Assembly: GCA_036172245.1 (NCBI GenBank)
Contig: JAYWIR010000034.1
Location: 1,364,001 to 1,428,000, forward strand
Reading direction: 5' to 3'
Length of the DNA stretch: 64,000 nt
Source: Raillietiella orientalis
Lineage: Eukaryota
Positions 10,690 to 22,699 of the stretch are shown piece after piece (position 1 is the first letter of the stretch; every line of letters starts with the position of its first letter). A program made the translations under genes and the position numbers. The notes beneath the pieces are model-generated. The model did not search any database and had not been told where the DNA came from. It saw only the letters and a program-made list of their open reading frames with translations.

Positions 10690-12570
10690 CCGTCGTTGAG
10701 AATGGACCTCGTCCTGAGAAAGGGAAACTGCGATTCCAATACTGCACGTTCGAACACGCACCCGTAGCGCGCCACAAGGTGCACCAAAGATCTGCGTCCC
10801 CAAATGACGTGCCGAGATTCCACCCCCGTCGCTGCCTGTCCGTCTTCCCCAATTCATACCCCACTCGAGCACGAGGTCTCAAGCGCTCGCTTCCCCATCT
10901 CGGCTGGCGACGCAACCCTGGCTCCAGATGATCTTCCCGGAGTAGCGCATGCTGCAGCACAACCCCATTTCCCTTCTGATGCGCTCTCCCCGTCGCTCGG
11001 ACATCCCTCAAACACGTCTCCCCTCAGTGAACCGGTTGCCGGGATCCCCGCATTCCACTTGGAGAATCGCACTGATCCTTTGCCGGCCAAACGGGATACC
11101 CATCCTCTGCACCGGTTCTTCTTTCGTCAGGCGTCTTCCAGTGCTTTAGCAGAAGATGAGCAGGGCGCCTTTCTCGTCGCCGTCGATCTCCGGACCGCGG
11201 ATTCGCATCTGGTCCGGCAACGGTGGTGATCACCGACGCATGGCCCTCCTGATCCGAGCTACCGGTTCTCCGTGCCTCTCGCGGACCGTGTGTTCGTCGG
11301 TCCCCGATGCGGTGCTCGGGGATGTGGTCGAAGGACCCCTCCCGTCCCACGCAGCTCCTGCGCGTGCATTGCTGGTGACGAACGGATCGAGCTGGGAAAG
11401 GGGAAGCGCGTCGCGCTGCGGCTGAACGCGCGCTGCTCATTCGACGGCGCGACGGCAGGGTTGCAGAAAGCGCGCAAAGGAAGCGCCAGACACGTGCCCT
11501 CCTGTCCCTTTCACTCCAGGGAAGCGGGCATCAGAACGCACGACTCTCGTCGGCTCGTTGGGATGCTGGGATCCAAAGAAGTCCAGCCACAGTCGGGAAT
11601 TCCTGGAGCGCGCGCGAAGCGGCTCTGCTTGTCGAGTGAACGGAGGGATCTGATGGCGTGAAGGAACCGTGGATCTTCGCGTTCTTTGCCAACTTGTCCA
11701 CACGAGGTGATGCTGCATTTCCCAGCAGAATGCCCCATTCACGTTCTCGGCAATTGGCGCCAGTTCTGCCGCTTCGAAAGAACTGAAAATAGGACCGCTT
11801 GGGGGTCGATTGCTTCATCGGAAACATACCCCGACCTATAATCCCGTAAGTGGATGTCGCGGCCACATTGGCCAACCATCAGGCGCGGGAGCTCCTGCCG
11901 TCGCACGGCGCGGCGCGTTCGTTTTGAGGGCTCGGATGGTCAGCTGAACGTCCTTCGTCGGGACCAAATGCAAAGACCTCGGTCTTTGCATTTGGTCTGC
12001 TTCCTTTCTGGAGCACTCCTGCGTGCGTCAGTCAGACAGGCGGCGTCCGGAATGTCCGGACCTTCGCACTCTGCCTGGTCCATCGTTGTTGGCCGCTTCC
12101 CAGCTGCCTTCCATTGCCGTCCTCAACCGGTGAAGCAACGAATGTGAAGAGAGTGCTGCAAGCAGCAATTTGAGACATCCCGAACTGGACATGTCGTGCA
12201 GCTACGGTCTTGACCGGGAGTACGCTGAGTGGACAGCACGAGCACGTACGCGCACTCAGCTCAGTGAGATCATAGTTTTTTCCCCTGCAGCTCATTGCAG
12301 TCGGGAGATCTACTGGACATCCTGACTGGAGCACATCCCAAGGAAACCAGAGCGGACTCACTTGGGCCAAGCATTCCCTTCGGGCGGCCCGAGGGTGCCG
12401 GAAAGCAACCAAGTAGATCGGGGTCTCACTGGCGAAGGCTCTCGGCTCCCGATGGGTGGGAGAATGCGTGCTCGAAGCGCTGCGGCGGTGCACCCGTCAA
12501 GCAGAGCTCTCACTGCGAGTCTCCTCCGCCCTCAAACTGGAGTCGTGCACTGCCCCTTTGCAAAAAACGA
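10690..12570 (+). mobile_element. R2-like (RLE-clade) non-LTR retrotransposon relic, copy A
   Basis: N-terminal C2H2-like remnants (FQYCTFEHAPVARHKVHQRS...RRC..VF), then RPII..VDVAATL, EGSDG (domain 0), PELDM, and GNQ/DSLGP (QGD.L.P). Confidence 0.55.
11613..12190 (+). repeat. Dispersed direct repeat, paired with 18164-18820
   Basis: 11613-12066 vs 18164-18600 differ by 9 substitutions and 2 indel events (manual alignment). Similarity continues at lower identity to about 12190/18820. Confidence 0.95.
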
Positions 12571-12739
12571 GGAAGTCGGGAAGATGGTGGAAGTGAAGGA
12601 AGAAGCAGGAAAAAGTCTTCCCCTCCCTTCTCATCTTTCATTTCAAACTGGACAGGAAACTATCCGATTTTCTAGCGTGTAGAAGAGTCTGAAGGATAAA
12701 GGGCAGAGAGAGGAGGCTGCAGTGCAAGATCAACACAGG

Positions 12740-13170
12740 GTGCTTGTCATGCGAGATGTCTTTCCGGGAAAACTTGTTGCAGCGGATCAACACCTCCCGT
12801 AAGCTTCCCCCACAGCAAGGGACTCGTGTCGAAGGAGCATAAAGGAGTGGGTTGCACAGAAACAGATGACTGGAATTCTCTGATCACAGTCGTGGCGCAA
12901 CGGTCGACTGCATGCCTCCACAAGGCAGTGTCTCCAGAATACGGGAAAGAGTGGAAGAAAGGGAGATTCAAAGCGCACCCAAATCCATAGAGAGGGGAAG
13001 GGAGAGAAGTAAGGGTGAGGAACGATTAGCCCATAGCCCTCCCCCCCCCATTTCAAACGGGGGTGTGAAGGATGGCGGCAGTCTGACTGATGCATTCGTC
13101 TGGTCCGATCGGAAAAAGGCGCTTCTAGAGGTCTGACATGGCTCTCGAGCGGCCATCTATCTGCGTTCTG
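12740..13170 (+). mobile_element. Ty1/copia reverse transcriptase N-half relic
   Basis: GLVSKEHKGVG.TET...SLITVV, W..GRFKAHPN...EVRV..P and RKKAL..HG, in the order of RLVAKG / SPV / D.K.AFL / LKKALYGL. Confidence 0.4.
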
Positions 13171-14169
13171 TTGGGCAACAAGAATGAGCCCGGAGGAGAT
13201 GAGAAAACAAGTATGGGAGGAAGGTTGATTCAGTGGAGCGCAAGATGGAACATTGAAAATGAGCGAATGTCGAACGTCTCTGTTCACATTTTGTTGCTTT
13301 CGACCACGTTGAAGTAAGAGAGAGAGGGGGTGGAAGGGGAAACCAAAAAGAGAATAGAAGGTACGAAAAAATGAAAAAAGGAGAGGGATTTCTGATATAT
13401 TGCTGTTTGTCTGATGGTGGGAAAACAGCTAAGGATCTGCATATCCGAAAGAACTTATCTGTTGCGTGTTTTCTCTTTCTCCTTCATTTTTTTTGGACAA
13501 ACGAACGACAGACATCCAAGGAACCTTTTCTTGGAGTTCGCCGGGTTGTGGAACACCAAAAAACTACTTCTTGCCATCTTAAGAGACAAGATATCCTTGG
13601 ATGGTAAGAAGCAGTACCAGATAAATAACGGTTGTAACGAAACCCTCTCAGTCTGGCTGCTTTCTCCTGCTCTTACTCATGACAGGGTTACCGTTCTCGA
13701 AGGCTCTCTGAGTACGAATGGAACCCAGTACACATCCAAAGATATTTTATTTTTATTAACAAGGGATGAGTAGCAATGCCTGTTAGGGACTTTTTTTCTT
13801 GCCCATTGCCGAGAAGCTCTTTGCAATCCTGAGGGTTTTCTCAAAGCTGTACTTCGGAGCCATAGTGTGGCGTGTCGCGTTTAGAGAATTCCTGACGGTG
13901 GCTCATTCAAAGCCTCCGCTGTATCCGGCAGAAGTTTTGGATGCAGTTTGAGACCATCGCGCACCGAGTGTCACCTCGAGGCCATAAACACTAAGAAGGG
14001 AGCTTTTCTGGAGAGGAACGTAGCCAGGTCCCAGTAGCTGCTCTCGTTTCTTTTCCAGAGCCGTTGGCTGGTTTCCGGAGGGGCAGGCCGCGTCAGGTAT
14101 GATGGATGAATCGATCTTCGCGTCGGAGTACCAGATCATGTCGAAGGTCGGAGTTTATTCCGGAAACGC

Positions 14170-15330
14170 TCAGATAAAAGATGAGCAGTTTCCGTTGGTC
14201 TGATCACCATCCGGATGTTCGAGTCCCAGCTTCGTTTATTTTTTGAGTGAGCTCTGTCCGTCTCTTGGGAATTCTCAGTTCTCTCGGTGCTCCATCATTT
14301 GCCGAATCCCAGAAATGCCTACGGTCAGCTCTCCTACTGTATATTTTTTTTTTTTTGGAGCAAACACGAGACCTTTATTGGCATCAGCAAACAACCCCCG
14401 GGGAGGGGGATGATACTCCTGCATAAATGCAGATGGGAGACTGCAGAAAAGAAGGGGAAGTGCCAGCATACACGAGTGGACAAGGAAGAGCAGAGAAGTG
14501 GGAGAAGAGAATGCTCCTCTGAGTCGCTTCTAGGATGAATATGATTCCGAAACCTTAGAAGAGCTACAGGGACCACTCCTCTTTCTTGTAGTCTTCGTCA
14601 TGCACCACTCTCTTGCTGTTGTGGACTCTCCTTCGGTGGAGAAATGAATAGTCGATCCTGAGCCATCCTTGCTCGCCTTCTGCCTTGCCTCTTCTGGAAC
14701 CGTTGCTGAATGCTCGTTGGAGAAACTGGCGTCCAGCATCACCATCGTCCCTTTGCCCTGGGGCAGCAGGTCTGGACTTTACTTTAGAATCTGCCTTTCC
14801 CCCCTTTTCCTTTGCTTTGCGCAGACGACCAACTCTCGATGTTTGAGAGTAGCCTTTGTGACCTGACCTGCCAGTTTGCGCTGTGTCTTCATGATGTCTC
14901 TGCAGAGGGAGAAGGTCCAAACGACCATACGCTTCTTGTTCGTGACGACTTCCCGTGCTAGGCCGCAAGGGTTTCTCTCCAGTTTTCAAACCATTTTGCC
15001 GGTTCTGGAAAATAGCTGGCACAAATCTCCATTCAAACTGATGCATTAGCATCCATCTCAAAGGCTGATCCATGCCGAGAATCTGGCTCGCTATTACTGG
15101 ATCGAAAATTCCTCCAGAAGAAATACTTTTCTTAATCCACCCCCTCTTGCAGTAAGTTTTTCGTAAGCCATCCGGGACAGCACGAGTTTCGGATGCCTTG
15201 GTGACTCGTGTTCCACCAGTCGCTATGGAGTCATCAGTGGGAGAGTGCCAGAATACTCAGCTTCGAAATTCCCGATCCCACAAGATCCAGTTCATATTTT
15301 GAGCCAAACGGGTTGCATCCTGCCTCCCTT
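14170..15330 (-). mobile_element. Ty1/copia RT-RNase H relic, GalEa-like
   Basis: ILAL/TDDSIATGG (HVDD), ILGMDQP, GRLDL (RPDL), VMLDASFSN, KDGS, WCMTKTTRKR...SSKVSESY, LFADANKGL, ELTVGISGIRQMME, all in the expected order. Confidence 0.65.
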
Positions 15331-15679
15331 CCGGAGAGCGCAAATCGAAGCTGCTCTAGATGGGAATGACCTGATGGTCTCATCATAGTTGCTTTAGTGT
15401 TTTCATTCCTTCTCTTTTCCTCTTCCTACGTTCCGATAGGCTAACATTTCACGTGACAGCTGCAGAGTCGAGAGTTAAGTCACCCCCGAGATAGGTGTAG
15501 AAGATTAGGGAAGAAAAGCATTAAGAGATCGAAGAGGTTCCCTAATTTCTTCCTGACATCCAGTTCTGGTTTCCTTTGTTTTGTTTTGTTTTGTTTTTTT
15601 CATCTTTCTCTGCCTTCGTTCGTGCCCGAGTGCATTGTTCCTCTCCTGTCTGCATGTTAGCTTTCCAAATAGTTTTCCT

Positions 15680-16430
15680 TGGAGTGCCTTGGACGCTTTC
15701 CGAGCATCCCAGTTTGGGAAACCCAAATCGACTTCCCCTCTACGAGTGGGTTTGGAATTCTAGAAGAGGGAGAATCTGGTACCTTTCCGAGCCTTCTGCA
15801 ATCTGCCTTCGCGTAAGAGGCACCCACGAAACTCTGAGTGGTTCCCGTGGCTGTTTCTGCTGCTGATGCATCCCAAAGTCAGAACAGGTAAGCAAAGAGA
15901 TTGTTCCCTCTCATGTGAAAAGCAGGAAGCGTTCCCTGGGGGAGAGAGCTCGAATCCTGAAACGACTCATGCTCACGGTGGGGTCTGGTAGAGGAGGGAG
16001 GAGGGTGGTCAAGAGGAGGGGTTCAGGTCTTGTCCCGTTCAAGTGCCTTTAGGAACCAGGGGAGAGTAAATTCCGAATGAAGGGGTGCTGTGTCCGGAAT
16101 CGACAGAAGAAGACAAGGGTGTGAATGGAGGGAAGCAGTTCTTCGATAACCGAGGTCTTCGATCTCAGGAAACGAGTGCAGAATGCAGGAAACGCTTAGA
16201 AGAGCAGAATCTCTTAGCTCCTTCTCTCGCCACACAGCGTGGGAAATCCTGAACGCAGGGGGATAGGGAGAGCGAGGCACCCACTTGACAGACAGCCATT
16301 GGGTGGATCCCGCAAACTGGTCGGGATCCACTTAAAGGGAAGCTGGCAGGTGAACGCTTCTCGGCGCCTTGCAACCTTTGAGGAAATCTCTCCATCCTGC
16401 GGGCTTTTTCCCAAAGATCCATGGGAGGGA
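15680..16430 (-). mobile_element. Ty3/gypsy reverse transcriptase relic
   Basis: GSRPVCG, YPPAFRI, EGAKRF, RRTAS/KNCF (KTAF), FAYLF* (AYLDD), LREGRL, WVSQTG in RT order. Confidence 0.5.
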
Positions 16431-17069
16431 ATCTCGCAGCTCGGAATGATGATTGAAGATCGGATCCTCGCCTTTTTCCTCTCTTTTTTTTCTGGTATGA
16501 GAACAGCGTTAGGGACTTTTTTTTCTCTCCCCTAATCCTTCATCGGTGACAGCCCAATCTCCACTTCAGATCGTCGATTCGCTAGGATCTCAGACTCCCT
16601 TCGCTCCGATAGACCGCTGCAAACGCGCGGCGGACAAGAGCGCGCAAGAGCGCATCATCATCATCAAGGAGTTCCGAGTTTGAGAGTCTGAGATTTTGAG
16701 TCAGGCCGTCCGGCAGAATGGACATCACTCAGTCAACTGAAGAGAGCAGTCTTGATGTTGTTCGAGATGCGCGCGCAATCGAGGAAGGAAGGAAGGAAGC
16801 GGGAGGGGGAGGGATAGAATTAGTCTGGATAAATCATTGCTTCAGGGACTGAAGAAGGTTCTGCTGACGATCTCCACACTCGTCTCCTTTCGGGAGATGG
16901 CAAAGATATGCAGTCCAGCTGAAAACTCGAAACCATGGAAGCCCTCACGGGAGCTAGAGAAGCTCGGTAGACTGGGAGATACGAAGTGCTACTCGAGGTG
17001 AGATGAAACCTTCACGGTGGTGTTCAGATTTCACTGACGGGCGTACGGCGTTCCTAGGGCAATGAGACT

Positions 17070-17520
17070 GCTTCAACGAAGCCATTCCTCCTTCTAGGAG
17101 AAGGTGCTGACTAAAGAACCAACCAAGTGGCTTCATGGGGGCCACATGAGTGGGTGTGGTATGAGTGGAAAGCAGGAGTTATCAATAGAAGAAGAGAGAG
17201 ACGGAAGCAGGCACTCACGTGGGGACGTTGCTGCAGGAGAGAAGCCCATCATGGAGGAACGTGAGAGGTCTTTGCTCGAAACCATTTCTTGGAGGATAGG
17301 GACGTAGATGGGGAAGATGCGTGAAGAGATCTGGACTCGTGGAGAGTAAAGGGAGGTGAGACAGGTATGAGTGAGAAAAATGCTAAGATTTTCTGGATCT
17401 CTTTGGACTTGGACGAGGCGCTTTGAGGACGAGCGCAGCCAGCCCCGTGCCATGTCCAGAGCATCCGATGAGCGGAGAGTCATCAACCGCGAGGTTCTGG
17501 AAAGTTTACACAAGAGAATC
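17070..17520 (+). mobile_element. Ty3/gypsy integrase relic
   Basis: IPPS/EKVLTKEPTKWLHGGHMSG (HH part of the zinc domain), FLDLFGL, and APCHVQSIR*AE/RVINREVLESL (PYHPQS.G.AER.NR). Confidence 0.6.
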
Positions 17521-18163
17521 CCCCTCAGGGTTTGTGATGCTGAGAATGATATAAGCAGGGGAGAAGGATTATCGGAGAAGGTGCACGAATCGACTCGAGA
17601 GAAAAGAACAGACTCCTTTCATCCGAGGGGACATGGAAAAAGATCAGGGAGAGATACCGTGGTCTGGAGGTGGTGAGCTCTTCCATCTCTCATCTGAAAC
17701 AGGGAAAAGGGAAGGAAATGCGAAAGAATAGGAACTCAGACTTGTTCTTCTGCAGTTCCTTGATCTGCATATCCTGGAATATGCTTCGTCGGAGATTCTC
17801 AGCCAATTCTCTGATGGTGAACCAGGATGCTGACTGGTGTGAAATCAACTGAAGTTTCCACACTTCGAGTCATCATTTGCAGACGAATTTTGAGACTCGT
17901 CACCTCTGGTCACTAGCGAGGGCTTTAATCTTCCAATTGTTGAGAGAAGAGGGGAACAGAGACTGGGACTGGTCCCTGCTACCAGAGAAAAAACAGACGT
18001 GAGGTTGCTCACAGATCATTGAAAAAAGGGCACTGCGCCTTCATGTCTGAAGTATGCTGTCCACTCGTAAGCAAATCGGCAGCCTCAGGGTTTGTGATGA
18101 TCTGCGATCTTGTAAACTTCTCTTTGTAGAAGCCGCATGAAAGAAAGGGAGATTTCATACGTA

Positions 18164-19380
18164 CGCGAAGCGGCTCTGCTTGTCGAGTGAACGGAGGGAT
18201 CTGATGACGTGAAGGAACCGTGGATCTTCGCGTTCTTTGCCAACTTGTCCACACGAGGTGATGCTGCATTTCCCAGCAGAATGCCCCATTCACGTTCTCG
18301 GCAATGGGCTCCAGTTTTGCCGCTTCGAAAGAACTGAACATAGGACCGCTTGGGGGTCGATTGCTTCATCGGAAACATACCCCGACCTATAATCCCGTAA
18401 GTGGATGTCGCGGCCACATTGGCCAACCATCAGGTGCGGGAACTCCTGCCGTCGCACGGCGCGTTCGTTTTGAGGGCTCGGATGGTCAGCTGAACATCCT
18501 TCGTCGGGCTGCGAGGTCTTTGCATTTGGTCTGCTTCCTTTCTGGAGCACTTCTGCGTGCGTCAGTCAGACAGGCGGCGTCCGGAATGTCCGGACCTTCG
18601 GACTCTGACTGCCTTTCCCGGTTGTTGACCGTTTGCGCAGTGTCAGATCCGAACAGGAGTGGATTTCCTCGTCTGTAGGAATGAACCTGTGAGAAACCGC
18701 TTCCCAGCTGCTTTCTATTGCCGTCTTGAATCGGTTAAGCAGCCAGTGTAGAGAAGAGAGTGTTGCAAGCAGCGAATGAACACATAAGCCAGCGTCTCAT
18801 CCCGAACTTGACATCTGCGCCTTCAATACTGTTTGCGACATGCAATCCTTCTGACCGCGGAGACGCTGAGCGAGGCCGAATGGACAATCGTGTAATCCGA
18901 AAATCCGACATACTCCCCAAAGTGAGGCAACAACTTGAGTCTCCTGTAATCCAACGCATGATTTGACTTTTCGCTATTCCCACTTCCCACTTTTGGTTTC
19001 CATTGGGGAATGTGTGCTGAAGATTACAAGCCCTAGATGCCAATGATGTCCTTCTTGTGGTCTCATCGGCTGCAATGTCGCTGACGACAGTTTGATGACG
19101 GTGCTATTCAGCATCCTATACGACCGGGATATTTGTCCTAGATAAGACATAACTCGAGCGACCGAATGCAGACTCAAGTGCTCGAGTGATCAAGACAAGA
19201 CTTCGGGCTTCTGTGAGTGTGGAACGCCCGAACCCGAGCAAGGGGATCCTTGGCTCCCTAAAGAGAAATCTTCGCGGAAGATGAACACTGCAGGGGTGAA
19301 GCGAGCTCAACAGAATTCTCCCCTCGACAAGGGAGCACCACTTCCACTCGTGGACCAGTTGCTACTTGGCCCTTTGAGAA
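18164..19380 (+). mobile_element. R2-like non-LTR RT relic, copy B (lacks the 5' part of copy A)
   Basis: EGSDGQLNILRR, SRLLTV..SGF (Q.GF), LDICAFNTV (LD..AFD/N.V) near 18810, KVRQ...SP, NVADDSLM (YADD) near 19075-19095, PNPSK. Confidence 0.7.
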
Positions 19381-20299
19381 AAGTATCAGAGGAGAGCTGT
19401 TTGGAGAAACGGTGGAAGCTGAGGGAACTCATTTCCTTTCGTCTCTTTCAACAATCCCGAAATAATCGGCGGGGTCACGGTAGGCCGGACCCCACAGGCA
19501 GGACGGAAGAGAAACGAGAATGAGCGCGCCTGCAGGGGCAAGAGCGCTGCTGTTCCTCTGAGACGTGCGCCGCTGAGCGCTCCGCTGCCGCCTCAGGGCT
19601 CAAGTTTCGCGAGTCTTGGGTGCAGGGATAACTCTTCGGAAGACCTTTCAGAGACCACTTTTGTCTTTAGGAAGGGAAGAAGGGCTCACAAATGCCCCCT
19701 CGACAGACAGGATTTCCGAATTTTTTGAAGCGATTTTCCTAGCATTCATCTTCGCGCAGCCACTTTTTCTCTTCCTACTAAAGGCGAGCCGGATATCTTC
19801 TCGTCCATTCGCGAGCACCCCGAGGCGCTAAACATCAAATGGCCATCGAGCCTGGAAGGCCAACTTTTTTCTTTGCTTACATCTCGGAGAGACTACGGCT
19901 TTCCCGGTTGATAAGGGGCGAAGACTAGGCATAGAGAGACAATGGGCAGCGAGGAGGGAAAGGAAAAACGAGGGAGTGCTCCCCATCCGAGCATCCACGC
20001 CGCCTGAGGTTTTTCACGCTTATCACATGAGAGGAAGGCGCACACTGCAGCTATGCACGCTCAAGCGCATGCTCACGGGAAGACGCGCGAGAGAAGCAAA
20101 CTCGTGATCTAAGCCACGCGCGTCATTCGCGGGGTCACGTGTAAGCCAGCGGAACCACCCGCACTCACGTACGTCATGAAGCTCGCGTGAGAAACGAAAG
20201 GAGAAAGAGGAACGCTGGGGGATTCACTTTGAGCATGAAGAGCGTGCAGGGCGTGGATACGAAGGGGTCACGTGGCTATCTTCCACACATACGGCGGCG

Positions 20300-21400
20300 G
20301 TGTCCGATGCTGGACGACCTGGAGAAGGAAGAAGGGATAGGGAGCATGGCAAGAGAATGTCGGAAAGTGGGCCAACTAACGTGGCAATGACGACCAAAGA
20401 TCCATGAAGCTCGTGAGACGTTACTCAGGTGATGCAAGAGCGAGAAGGTTGCATTATTCTCTGCGAAGATGAGGAGGTTGGGGAGAGAAGCGAGGGACGC
20501 TTGCAGCGAGGAGGATTTTCGGAGGTTCAGTGGCTGCGCACTGTTCAGTGGGGAGATCCTTACCATTCTCAAGGTCATTTGGACGGAAAGAGGAGGACAA
20601 GAAGAGCATGGCGTGCAGGGATCCTGCGTCGCAAGGTCACGCTGGTTGCTGCTGCGGAAGCGGATCCACGACGAAGGCAAAGATCATCAATGTGTGGTCG
20701 ATTCGCAGCCCTTCCCGGTTCGAACATGTCTAAGAGCTGAATCATGAGGATGTGGAGATGCCGAAAAAGCTAAACGATCCTTCCTGCTTCCTCGTCCAAG
20801 CAAGGATAGAGACTCGAAACAAGTGGACCTTCGTGCGGTTCGTCGAGGCAATAAGAAGCTTTCCTTCCACCTGCTTCCACAGCCGCCGAGACCACCACCA
20901 TGCGCGCACAACCCGGCGTTTCAGGGACTCGTTGAGAGGCATTTGCGAGGGAACCAGGAGTTTGGGAGTACAAAAGCCCTACGCCAGAAGCACACACGCT
21001 AGAAGGGACCCGCTACCTTGCTTGCTCGCGTCGGGCTCGCAGTCTTGAGAGACAGAGAGAGAGGGGTGGTCCAGTAATAGAGTTGCCGGGGTCTCCTTTG
21101 AAAATGAGACCTGCATGAATTACTTGTTTTGCCAGCCTCGAAATTTTGGGTCAGGGGAGGAAGGGACGTGGTCTCACGCTTCATGCCGTCCCCAGCCCAT
21201 TGTGTCCGCATTCTGTTTTTGTGCACTCACCTGCTTTGTGTTCGTAGGTGTTGGTATCCGCTCTCTCCAGGAGCATTTGGCAGGATCAAGGGCTCCCCTT
21301 GATTTCCGGACTTCCTTTGGATGCGAAGACAATGGCGCGCGACGTCCTCCGGCCTGCATGTCCGAATGTGAGCGTTGTGCGCTCCCGCGCAGGGAAGGAG
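20300..21400 (+). mobile_element. Internally deleted Ty3/gypsy relic: Gag, zinc knuckle, RNase H, integrase zinc domain
   Basis: KSEKVALFSAKMRRL..SEE..RF (Gag), CRDPASQGHAGCCC (CCHC spacing), PKKLND...VEAIRSF...FHSRRDH (RNase H), KTMARDV/SECERC (integrase CC). Confidence 0.55.
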
Positions 21401-21879
21401 GGACGATTTGGATCTCATGAAGACATCCATTAATTGCTAATCGGTTGTCATGGCTGCTTTTCTGTGTGCCTCAGCATGACCGTTTTGTTGTCCTATTCAG
21501 CAGAATGCGCCCGTCACAAGAACTCAGGAAGAGAACACTTTTGTGAACCGTCGCGGTCCGACATTTTGGATTTTGCGCGGGAACATCTCATTCCCTTCTG
21601 GAATGATCCTGAGAACCAAGTGCCGCAAGTGCCGTTGGTTTCTTCTTATTATTTCTTTGTTAATAAGAGGTTCCTGAATGATGACCCCTTTTTCATCCCT
21701 AACAGTCTCACTCTAACTCCATCGCGGGGAAGGTCGAGAATTCTTCCTGGGTCGCGGTGAATCTCGTGAAATCCTTAAGTTGGCTCAGTTCCCTGGGAGA
21801 GTGTCTCAAGACGAATTTCATGCTTTTAGGCTTGCAGGGACACGACAGCTTCCTTCGACCGTTTTACTCCAATGACGGA

Positions 21880-22590
21880 GTGATTCGGCCGCTACCTAGC
21901 GAAGACCGGAAGATCCCTCGCACTCCTTTCCCTAATCCCCGGGACGTTCACTGCCGTCCAGCTGATGCCCTTGGGGAATCGGACTCCGCGTATGCGCCTG
22001 TATTGACATGCTGCCCGTATCATTGCAAGCAGATCCGAGGAAAATCTGTAGCTCAGCAGAGCCAATAAAGGGAAGCAGCTCCCTCTCCAGCCGAAGACAT
22101 TAATGCCCAAGGTATGTGTCTTGGACGATGTGTGCACCGAACACAATTACGTTCCTATGAAATATGGTGGTTGTTTGGCAAGATGCCTGCAGACAAACAA
22201 GTGACCATCCATCGCGCAGCAACTGGATTCAGAGAATGCGATCAGCCGCATACCGCAATTGTATTCGCTTTCGGTGGTGCGCGCACTAAGCTGCAGAGAC
22301 TACACATCACATCGGTCAGTTATGAGAGACCAGAACAGGATTCTGTTCGTTTATCGATCACGTCATCGTCATCATACGTACGCTTTTTCTCTTCTTTCCC
22401 CCTCTCGCTCCTTCCTTTACGAGATGAGATGCCTCGTAGTCCCTCGCCAACTGGTGCGAAGTTCCTCGAGGAAGGGTTTGTTTGCTTCCCTCTTACAAAG
22501 GAAGGCGGCGAGAGATGGTGCGCTGCAGACAGCGCGGGACCGTGTTTGTCTCCTCGTCGTGGTCTGATCTGCGCCCCGGCGTGACTGTCG
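21880..22590 (-). mobile_element. Ty1/copia RT C-terminus and RNase H relic
   Basis: TRSRAVCSAPSLAAF...WRGT (TRPD.AYAV..LA.F...GT), ILFWS, ARTTESEY (STTESEY), HVNT, VPGIRERSARDL (AD..TK). Confidence 0.6.
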
Positions 22591-22699
22591 GAATTGCCTT
22601 GACGTCATGGATCTCAGAGATGGAATCTCTCTCTCTCCTTCTCGGTTTTGCCCCTCCTCCTCTTAAGAGAGAGGGAGAGGGGAGCAACTCTAGCTCCCA

